A stretch of DNA of 64,000 nucleotides, from positions 23,903,319 to 23,967,318 of the forward strand of contig OZ037768.1 in the NCBI GenBank assembly GCA_964035545.1, written 5' to 3'. This DNA comes from Bugula neritina. Taxonomy: Eukaryota; Animalia; Bryozoa. The notes under the pieces are model-generated. The model saw only the letters and a list, made by a program, of their open reading frames with translations. It did not search any database and had not been told where the DNA came from. The position numbers were made by a program, and so were the translations under genes. Below, piece after piece: positions 39,601 to 51,600 of the stretch; the first letter of the stretch is position 1, and the number at the start of each line of letters is the position of its first letter.

Positions 39601-42600
39601 GGGAATGTGGATTACCTCCCCCTGCCTTCATCTGCGTCGACTGCTTTGACACATTTGTGATGCGACAGTACGACGACTACTTCACCAACATAGTGCTGCC
39701 TGCCGCTGCCGTCAGTGTTTCCTGCGGCAACAAGGTGCGCTCTCAGTACAAAGTAGAATGTTTGAGTAGGTGACCGCGTAGCCTCAGTAGGTCTGCTTGG
39801 AACTCAGTCTATCAGCGGTCATCATGATGTGCAACTTTGTTCAAACGTCATTCCAAATTTGCAAAAATGATTTTATTAAAGTGTTTGTGTATAGAATATC
39901 TACTAGTTGTTATTTTACTTGAAGCAACAGTCTGTTATGGTGCTCTGTATGAGTTGAGTATGTAGCATAAATTTTAGAAGCTCATATTTTGTTATAAAAA
40001 TGAATCTCAAACGTATATATTTCATCCATACCACAATTACTAAAATATTCAATTTTTCAATTCATGCCGAAGTTACTGTAATCTCATCTTCATTGTGATA
40101 TTTCTTTACTCATTATGCCAAGGTCATATCAAGGTCATACCGATGTTATTTTAGGCATGCACTTCCGCTGATAAGAAGGCGGTGGCTGTCTGTGCGTCTC
40201 ACGAGTGTGTGAAACATAACCGGTTCAGGCCGGTAAGTCTGTGTCAGTCATGTGACGGCTCCCGACATCCAGGCAACTGCGGCTTCGTGCAGACGTCTAT
40301 ACCCAACATCTGGACTATGGACCAGTGAGTTCCACTCTCCACTCTGTCTAAGAATGTTCTCTGCGCTTTGTTTTATGAATTTTCATCTCTTGAGTTTAAA
40401 ATTAGTTTTGTGGGTGTTTTGTCTATATTTGTCGTTAGTTTATTGCATGTAAGTCACTAGCTGTCTGATGGTTGAGCATGCAGACGTGTAGCACTATGCT
40501 GTTTCCTGTAGTGAGATCCGGTCGTACGTAGTCGACGCAATAGTGAACCTCCTAAGAGAGGCTGAACCTGCCAGGAAGTCGTCTACAATAGACACGGCGC
40601 TGCAGCCTATCATGGACCACACGATGGAGCGTTTCATGGTTGTGAAGGACTCCCTGAATAGCAGATACGGCATCCTGTTGATCAAAGAGCTGTGTGAGCC
40701 TAAGGGCAATCTTGTTACAGTAAGTACTAACTATTCAGGGTAAGTACTATATACTCACAGTAAGTAATAAATACTCACAGCAAGTACTTAACACTCACAG
40801 TGAGAGTACTAACTTACAGTGAATACTGTAACTTACAGTGAATACTAACTCACAGTGAATACTGCAACTGGCAGTGAGTTAGTTCTCACATTGAATACTA
40901 TAACTCTGCAGGAGTCGCTAGGCAGACTGATGGGGATGCTGTTCCACTGGTTCCAGTGCACTGGCTCCACCAACCGACCAGAGACCACAGAAACTCTGGA
41001 GAAGCTGAAGACGGAGGTACTAGTTACTAACTACTCTTCTCTCTATTAGTTCTTTGTTGCAGCTGATTCCACTAGCAGTCTTGGGTAACTTTCTTGTCCA
41101 GTACAAGGTTTCTGTTACTTCATTAATGTACAAACTGGTTTTCTATGCATCAAAACCACTGCAAAGTTTTTCTATGAGAAAGGCTAGTGCGTAGTATTTG
41201 AAATTTAAAGTGACCTGTATTGTGGCTCTTTTGTTATCAATTTGCTTGTGTTTGATAGCATATGGTGAACTGGGTTCAAGAGGTCAAGAGACACTCTTAT
41301 GAGGTCATCCTCGCTACCCTGCTGCCGCATCCTCCCGACTTCGCCAAAGTAGGGGGTCAGTGGGAGCGTCTGTCTAGCCGTACTGACCAGGTGAAGGAAG
41401 GTTAGTAACTTCTCTCCTACTCTGTTCGGCATTTCCTGTAACTTGGAGTAGAGTTGGTTTAAGAAAACATTTAACATCATTGCCTAGTGATAAATACATA
41501 TGTATAGAAGATGACTAGGTTACTAGTGTTACTCTGCTCTGTGCTCCAGCACTTGGGATCCATACCATTCATCTGCTGTCTTTCTCTCAGGTTTGCAGAA
41601 GTTGATCATGCTGGGGCCGTACGATATCGTCTCCTTCGAAGTGTGGGACTACATCATGCCTTACTGGATAGAGTCTATCCGAACAGAGTTGTCACTTAAG
41701 GAGAGGGAGACTATCAAGTCACTCCTCAAGTACGTCTCAACTCAGTGCTCAAGTACGACTTGTTTAAAACCCAAGTGTAGGTATGAGTAATTGCTCACTC
41801 TTGTTTCTTATGCAGACGGACGTTTGACATGGACATGAGTCCACTTCCTTTCCTAGCTGATAAGATCTACCACTTCCTGTTTGCGAGGTTCGAGTCGGTA
41901 GATCCGTACATACAGGAACAGGGGTTACAGTGGCTCCAGATTCTCACCTCCGTGGACGTAGCTGTTCCATTTATCACCATTCTAAAGGCTTTCATGGTAG
42001 GTCCATATGCACCTGCTTCCTGGTGTGTCGCGTGTCGTATTTATGTGAACTCTCGCAATTCAATCATAACAATTGCAACAGGAAATGAGGTCGAGTAATA
42101 TGATATGACTGTTACAGAACGGTACGGAGATACTAATTAACAGCACAGAACAGCAAGTTCCTGCAGACAGCAGAAGTGACCTAGAAGTGAAGCTGAACTG
42201 CTTTATTCTCATGTTGGATATTATACTGGCCCAGGTGAGTAATACCGTATTACTGAGTCTAGTAATACCGTATTACTGTGTCTAGTAATACCGTATTACT
42301 GTGTCTAGTAATACCATATTACTGTGTCTAGTAATACGGTATTACTGTGTTTAGTAATACGGTATTACTGTGTCTGGTAATACCGTATTACTGTGTCTGG
42401 TAATACCGTATTACTGTGTCTAGTAATACCGTATTACTGTGAGTAGTCAGTATACACAGTATAATGTATATCTCGTATTACTGTGTATTACCAACTGTAT
42501 GACCTACAGATTTGATGTGTGATTTACAGATAAAGTTCACAAATAAAAACTAGATTCTATTTATAGATTTTATAGCTAAGGTTTAGTATAGACTGAGTAC

Positions 42601-45600
42601 AGCGCATATACATTAAATATAACTAGCAATTTCTCAGTCATATCCCTTATGGGAACCTAGCGATTACTTGTTTTAAAGCTGGTTAGGAGCTTCTTTAGCC
42701 ATATATTCCTAAGCCATATCCTACACTACCTCAGGTCCTAGCCTCAGGCTACTATAAACAATTCTATCAACGTGACTTCTAACAGTACACAGGAACTGAA
42801 CCTGATGCCTTTCTCGACTGGTGTTATGCTGCCGGACAAGCACCTGCACCCACTGTATTATAAGTAGATGGTTTGTAATGTTGCAGAGAATCCTGGCTAA
42901 GATGCCGGCACACATCGCTGCCTCCCAGACAAAGTCAGCGCAGATATATGAACTCATTGCCAACATGATCAGCTGTGTTAGACCGATCGTACATTCTTCC
43001 AAGTGTGGGGTCTGTATATACAACCTGAAGTTGATGTGTAGGACTAATGTCAATGGCTATTTAGTTTCACTTGATGATTTTTTAGTGTCTTATTGTATAA
43101 ATATCATAATATGTGTTATATTGTATATTATGTGTATACTATAGTATCTATTGCAATATATGCGTAATACATACCATCTACTGTAATATATGTATTGCAT
43201 ATTATATTATATTATCTACTGTAATACACGTCTGTTATATATGCATAATATATGCATATTATATATTATTTACTGTAATATATCTGTAATATATATAACA
43301 TATTATGTATAACGTATGGCAGAGCCGGGAAGATGATTGTGACGTCTGCAAGCGACTCACCGTCTTCTATCAGCTGATATTTGACCTGCTTGTCCACATC
43401 TGTCCCCGTGCTGCCTCCCCACTGCCTCACGTCGGCATTGATGAATTTACAGCTACCTACAACACGCGCTCTTCACCACCTGCTGTCACCTCTCCAACCG
43501 CTGCCACCTCACCAACAGGTGATCACGGACTGACCAATCAGAAGGAAGAGGCAGCACCAGCCAAACCTCTCCCACCTCTACACAGTCTCTACGTCTCACT
43601 CATACAGGTTCAGTATTCTTTCAGTAGATGATAATCGTAGAATATGTATAGAGAAATAATATAGTATATGTAGAGAGTTATTAGATAGTTAATCTGTTGT
43701 TAGGTCCTGGAGACAGATAAAGACATTGACATATGCTACCACGTCCTAAGTAGCCTTAAGATCCTGTTTGTTCATGCTCGGTCTATGAATGTGGCGTATG
43801 AAACCCACTCCCAGCAAGTTGAAGAATTTCTCAAACAGCAGTGTTTACCAAGGTTAGTAGTGCCTGTTTATATTGTTGTTCATATTATACTAAGCATGCG
43901 TGTCATAATAAAATAGCATGTGTCTGTAGCATGTGAGGATCTGCTATATGCTGAAAGTTAGAGGCTGTGGGCGTGTCTTGTTATTTGTTCTAGAGTTGAT
44001 CTTTCTAAACACAAGTTTATCAATCACAGACATTTTGCGACATTCATGAGTTGGCTGTATAACTATACAATGTATATTTGTGTAATGCGTTGCAAACTTA
44101 TTTTCACTTGCAGACATATTCTCACTTGCAGACATATTCTCACTTGCAGACGTGTTCTCACTTGCAGACGTATTCTCACTTGCAGACGTATTCTCACTTG
44201 CAGACGTGTTCTCACTTGCAGACGTATTCTCATTTTAGACTCTGGCACATATTAGACAGCAGACAGAGTCGTAACTCCAAAATAGCTGCACTGCTTCTGT
44301 TTCACTCTCTAGCCTTAGGAGATGGATCTAAGTACTTGTGGTCTATTGTGGAGGGGGATTGCCGCCACTCCAACTGGAAAGTCAGGTGATGTAGTCTAGT
44401 ATGTAATGTTGACCTTTAATTTCATCAGTTTTGATGTCACTTCGCAGTGAGTTCATTTATTTCCCGCAGGACTTGTTTGACTGTGTCAGTTTGTTAGAGT
44501 GACCTGCTGTACTTGTAGATATGCCGCTGTCGACAGGATCAGAATGATATGGGAAAGCGGCAGCACCTCTCTGCTGTCGAATAACATGCTTGTGCTGACT
44601 GCCCTGTCACATGTCTACTCCGAGTACATTGACCTACTTTATGACCCTAATCATAACGTATCCCAGAGGGCTCGCTCCTATCTCAAACTCTTTGGAGAAG
44701 ACTCTCTGCAGGTTACATCTGTCTGCTGCTTGTTTCCCCTTTGCTTTAAATCTCTATATAGTTTGCACTTGTTAAAGAAATTAATATGCAATAGTTTTCT
44801 AGCGATGACATCACAGCTGTATCTTGTGTAGATGACTCTTTAAAGGCGTGTATTTTTCTCTGTTTGAGATGTATAACAGTGACAAGCTATAACAAGTACC
44901 ACGTAGATGTGTCATACTGCTGCAGGTGGTCATAGTCTGCATGACAGCTGAGTTTGACACTGTCATTCACGACAGGCACGTCGTCCTGCATAAACTCTCG
45001 CTCCTTCAGAACTCTATGCCGGAACGGACAGTCTTTACTTGGAACTTCTTTTTCGATAGACTGCATCAACTGGCAGCAGAAGCCAAGCTCGTCGACCGAA
45101 ACACAGACGCCAGCTTCACACTCGGTAAATAGTGTTCAGGTTATATTTTCTGTGAAATTTGTAGGTTGTTTGTTAATGCATGAGTTATCTTCAGAATAGA
45201 GGAGTAATAAAATGATTGCTGGTGAGTTCTTCCTTTGTTTAACTTCTCAGACGTAAATTGAAGAAGCAAAACATGTCATAATTTTTCCTTCGTTGAGCGT
45301 AACCTAGTTTTCTTGAGTCATTGCTAAGTATTACTAGGGACAAGTTATGTAAAAGTATTGTGTTTATTTTAGTTTGGTTGTATAGCAGTGAAACTAATTC
45401 TCACTTTCACTGCACATACTACACTCATTAGCCTAATATTCACATGACATCCACTCCGAGTTAGACGTTGCTATAAATCATGTATGCAGTAGCTATCTGC
45501 TGGAAGGATTTAGGGCTAATATTTTGATACCTTGGCAAGAGAATGTATGTGTAAGGTGTGGTGTTTGGTAGAGTCTATGCTGAGTATATGTGGAGACTCG

Positions 45601-48600
45601 GAGGACGTTGACCTGGTGAGGAAAAAGGCACACTTCGCCATTTCAAAGATTGACCATGTCAGGTCTATCAGAGATCATTCCGGAGCTCACAGGAAGTCTC
45701 ACTTTGTTTCAGCTGATCCATCAATGCATACATCTAAAGGTACGTTCACACTGACTCAACAATGTGTACATGTAAAGGTACGTTCACACTGACTCAACAA
45801 TGTGTACATCTAAAGGTATGTTCACACTGACTCGACAATGTGTACATGTAAAGGTACGTTCACACTGCACATATACTAAAGGTACGTTCACACTGCACAT
45901 ATACTAAAGGTATGTTCACACTGCACATATACTAAAGGTATGTTCACGCTGATACCTCTGGCAAACATAATGGAGGTTCACACTGAGTCATTAATCAAAT
46001 TTAAAATAAAAATGATTGTATTTGTGGTATTTTATTAAGCTTCAGTCACACTTAAAACTCAATTTTTACGATACACAATATACACATTCTATGCTTATAA
46101 ATTTTCATAAACATTTTTCATCACTTATAAATTATGTTTGAGAACTTTTCTACTCACTGCTCTCTACTATCTCTCTACTAACTCTCTATTATCTCTCTAC
46201 TGACTCTCTACTACCTCTCTACTAACTCTCTACTATCTACTAACTCTCTATTGACTCTCTACTCTCTACTAACTCTACTATCTCTCTACTGACTCTCTAC
46301 TAACTCTCTACTCTACTGATTCTCTACTCTTTGCTGACTCTCTACTGACTACTCTATTCCTTGCAGAGAGGAAGGTCAGTAGTTTGCCGCTCCTGAAGAA
46401 TAGACTAAAGAAGAAAGGAATCTCTGAGACTAGCATTCAAGGTGGGTGTGGCAATAAGCATTCAAGGTGGGTGTGGCAGTGAGCATTCAAGGTGGGTGTG
46501 GCAGTGAGCATTCAAGGTGGGTGTGGCAGTGAGCATTCAAGGTGGGTGTGGCAGTCAACACTTAACTAACTGACTTGGTATTTATATAAAGAGTTTGTAT
46601 ATCATCTTAACCTGTGTGGTTCAACAGATTGAATTTATTTGAAGTAGTAGCAACTTTACACAATGTACCTTGAAATATCCATAAAGTTTGCTGATATTGT
46701 ACCCTTGCATATATTTGTATATTGTTTATTATTTATATTTTATTGCTAGACGATTGTGTAGAATGTGTGTAGATAGATCAGTGTTGTTTAGATAGAGCGT
46801 AGAGTAGCAGTATGTACTTCACCAGATTAACTTGAGTCACACCTAAACTACTTGAATTAATGCTTGAGTAACTACTCGAGTTAGCACTTGAATTAGTACT
46901 TGTCAAACAGATTGGCTGAACATGGCGCAGGGAGGCTTACACGAACTCTCTCACCTTCACCACATGCTCTCAAGGTCACGCAAAGGTAACCCGGTGTAGG
47001 TGTCTTGGTTTGACAGCACTTCTGAGTTAACAACTTTCTGAATGTGAAACTCGTTGAAACTCGTGTCTAGACTTGCTTTTCCTTCCGATGCTGCTCATCA
47101 ATTTATACTTCTAAAGAAAATTTCAACTTTCTCTGTGATTTTAAGAGTTGTGTATCGATAAGGGTTTTAACGTATATTCCTTCAAATCAGGAGTCGCATT
47201 CTCTTTAGTTTGTGTTATGCACTTGTAAATCATAACTCTTTGGTTTTAATGCAGTAAATTTACAAGATGTTTTCTTCTTGCTGGCAGAATCTAATTTTCA
47301 ACCTGCTGTATAATAGTTTTATTTGCTTGCATCAAATAATTGCATGTAGCTTAAAGTTGTGGCTTCTTCTGTGACGTTATTTTGAGGTTTCCACTGAGTA
47401 TTGCATGACATAAGCCTCTCTTGCCTCTTCCTACTTCCAGTCTAAGCACTATAAAGCAGTAGCGTCTCCGATATCTTCAGTGAACTGTGACTTGGTGAGG
47501 AAGACATGAAAATTGGGATGGGGGGATAACTAACTGTCTGCCATAGTTTTGTATCAATGAGTAAAATTTTTAAAGAAGTATATTATGTTACCTACGTAGA
47601 CGAGACAACTCCTGAGACAAAGTGTATCAGTGGCAAACGGATTCGAGTGTTCTGGAAGGCTATGGAAAATGACAGGCTGGTTGATCACAGCCTGTTACAT
47701 TTGCTGGTGGAAATTATCATCAAGCACCTGTCTATTCCTGTCAATAAGGAAGTGTCAAGTGATGAACAATATGCTAACTATCAGGTAAGAATAATATCAA
47801 GCACCTGTCTATTCCTGTCAGTAAGGAAGTGTCAAGTGATGAACAGTATGCTAACTATCAGGTAAGAATATTATCATCAAGCACCTGTCTATTCCTGTCA
47901 GTAAGGAAGTGTCAAGTGATGAACAGTATGCTAACTATCAGGTAAGAATATCATCAAGCACCTGTCTATTCCTGTCAGTAAGGAAGTGTCAAGTGATGAA
48001 CAGTATGCTAACTATCAGGTAAGAATAATATCAAGCACCTGTCTGTCCCTGTCAGTAAGGAAGTGTCAAATGATGAACAATATGCTAACTATCAGGTAAG
48101 AATATCATCAAGCACCTGTTTGTTCATGTCAGTAAGGAAGTGTCAAGTGATGAACAGTATTAAGTATATATTATAGCTAACTGCTGTATTTCCTGTAGAA
48201 GTGGACAATAGAGTACATGTTCTGTTATCTCGGATACGCAGAAGGCCAGCTGTTTGTAAGACCAAGTCAACTGCAAATGTCTCCGGTTCTTGATGCCTTG
48301 CTCTGCAACTTACCTCAGGTACGTCTCTTATTACTTACCTCAGGTACGTATCTTAATACTTACCTCTGGTACGTCTCTTAATACTTACCTCAAATATGTC
48401 TCTCAGTACTTACCTTAGACTTGACAAAGTTTCATCCTTGAACTCTTATAACATACATTGCCTTAGTTCCTGGATGCTAACGTGGAGGTGGGGACGAAGC
48501 TTCTGGTAGACTGTCTGAATATTCTGAAGTTCTGTGGATTGCCTCCTGGGTATGTCTGCAGCGGAATAGGTGCAGATTACACCTTAGCCTTTGTTCCATC

Positions 48601-51600
48601 ACATCTCACTAAACACTGGGTGCAGTCTCTGCTGATTATACTCTACAAGGTGAATTTGTTGATAGTATATACTATAGAGACGTGTTGATAGTATATAACT
48701 ATATAGACATGTTGATAGTATATACTATATAGAAGTGTTGATAGTATATACTATATAGAAGTGTTGATAGTATATAACTATGTAAACGTGTTGATAGTAT
48801 ATACTATATAGATGTGTTGATAGTATATATCTATATAGAAGTGTTGATAGTATATAACTATATAGACGTGTTGATAGTATATACTATATAGAAGTGTTGA
48901 TAGTATATACTATATAGAAGTGTTGATAGTATAAAACTATATAGACATGTTGATAGTATATAACTATATAGACGTGTTGATAGTATATACTATATAGACG
49001 TGTTGATAGTATATACTATATAGAAGTGTTGATAGTATAAAATTATATAGACGTGTTGATAGTATATACTATATAGAAGTGTTGATAGTATATACTATAT
49101 AGACGTGTTGATATTATATATACTATATAGATGTGTTGATAGTATATAACTATATAGACGTGTTGATAGTATATAATATATAGATGTGTTGATAGTATAT
49201 ACTATATAGACGTGTTGATAGTATATACTATATAGACGTGTTGATAGTATATACTATATAGACGTGTTGACAGTATATACTATATAGACGTGTTGATATT
49301 ACAGTACAACTACTGCAACAACTCAGAGTTGTCCCCTCTCCTGCTGTTCTTGGTGCAAGTAGTCATCAACACGCTGTCATCTATCCCTCACTGCTGCCAA
49401 AGCAAGGCTAGACACAACGACAGCAGTTCCGAGCTGCAGGGACTTATTCAAGGTAACAGGAAGTAACAACACCATCGGCAGCGTTGGTACAGAGACTAGA
49501 ATACATGCTGCCGACTCGCATTTAACTGGAAACAGCAAACTGCTGAGATAAGCTGAAAATATTGAACAGAGTTTCTTGTTATAAATGTAGACACTTCCTG
49601 TTGAACTTGTGTTGGGAAATTCTACGGTAAAGAGACATTTGAAGTGTGTTGTTTGTAGTTTCTTATTCCATATGTTTTGGATCTGTTAAATTCCATCGTT
49701 GAAGAAGATATTAAATTAGAGATATTAAATCTTTAAAGAGCTGAAATTTTCCAAATAACTAAAATTAATTGACAATTTATCTTGATATATTTTATATCCA
49801 ATCACACTATAAACATTTTATAAGATCGTTTATTTCCAACTTGATATACTCTGTACTAAATGGCGTTAGACTAAGTTACTAACTTATTCTTCACATTTCA
49901 GGGACGGGAGGTAAAGATCACTCACCCTCAAGCTTTGATGAACAAGAAACTCAATTTGGTGTCAGATCATCTCCCCCTGAGCTTCACAAGCAGAAGAATC
50001 TTCCCGGCGGAGGTGAATATCGGAGTACTATAATGAATATACACAATATTGATGTGTGGTTAGATTCGGGGGGGGGGGGGAGTGGAAACAGCTGCACTTA
50101 TACCTTCACCAACTGATTATATAACCAAATAATACAGTCAACGGATGATTTTAATTCTAAAAATGTTATTTTATATTTACATCATTTCTTTCAAATACAA
50201 GGAATTTTGTGCTGTTTTAGTACTTCACCTGCTTTACTTTAGAGTTTTCCATCTCCTTGTATTCGTGGAGGTATTATAAGTGTGTTTTACTTCCAGCCTC
50301 TTCTAGTTTCCATGAAGATGACAGAGCTGAAGGCTCAAAGTTATCTTCACCTGACCAATCAGATGCGGCCACCAGGCCCAGCCAGTCCCCGTTGCTCATG
50401 TTGAAGAAAAATAAGAACAAAAACCGTAAATTGTCTCGACAAGTATGTATGTGACCTTGACCCACAGGTCATGTTGCTATAGTTACTGGACGCTACGCAC
50501 TATGTGGTTGAAATGGTTTCGTTGAATATTTAGTGTTTTGGTCTAACCAAGTCTAACATTTAATTTGTCATAATTATTGTCTGCCTGCCTGTCTGTTTGT
50601 CTCTTTTGTCTGTCTGTCATATAATCCATCTGTCTGCTGTCTGTCTGTGTGTCTGTCTGCCTGTCTGTCTGTTATTCTATGTGTTGTCTACATATGCACC
50701 CCAAACTATACATCTGCTCTCTCTCCCTCCCTCTCTCTCTCTTACTATACGTCTGCTCTCTCTCTTACTATACGTCTGCTCTCTCTCTCTTACTATACGT
50801 CTGCTCTCTCTCTTACTATACGTCTGCTCTCTCTCTCTTACTATACGTCTGTTCTCTCTCTTACTATACGTCTGCTCTCTCTTACTATACGTCTGCTCTC
50901 TCTTACTATACGTCTGCTTTCTCTCTTACTATACGTCTGCTCTCTCTCTCTCTCTTACTATACGTCTGCTCTCTCTCTTACTATACGTTTGCTCTTTCTT
51001 ACATCTGCTTCAGTTTCTATTATTATAATTCCAATTTTAACTTTTTATTTCAAATATACATATCATCTCAGTTACTGTTTGTTCATTTTAAAACACATTT
51101 ATAGTTTGCAAATGCAGCATTGCCAACCTGACCGTCAAACCTAAAGGCATGAATCAAACTAAAAAATCTAGTAAATTTTTGGTTGAAGCGGTAAAATTCA
51201 GTTTAAAAGTTAAAGTAACTAGGCACAATCATTGTAAATGAAAGCCATTAGCTTCTCCTAGCGCCATCTGGTGGTGTTGTCTGGTTTATTAACATAGATT
51301 AGGAAAGCTTATCCCACCGCTAATATTCACTGTACGTAGCTGTGTTCCACATGCCTCTAACCGCCTAGTATGTGTTCTAACCTGTTTAGCCGCATGCTTT
51401 GTACTGCAGGGTAATGTTGACCACGGGTCACCCGCTAAACCCGACCGAAAACTCTACCATTGGAAGGCTGTGGATTCATCTAAGGTACTCAGGCTAAATG
51501 GTTTTAGCTCTGTGGCCTATTTTTAGCTCTTGTTTGCATCAGTAACACATGTTTATAGGCCTGTGGATTGTACAATATCGTCTCTATATTTGTTAGTAAT

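Noticed and set aside
50068-50080. Poly-G run
   Set aside because: Isolated homopolymer in an intron with no supporting structure.
50597-51144. Three overlapping Leu/Ser-rich ORFs
   Set aside because: CT-rich intronic minisatellite.
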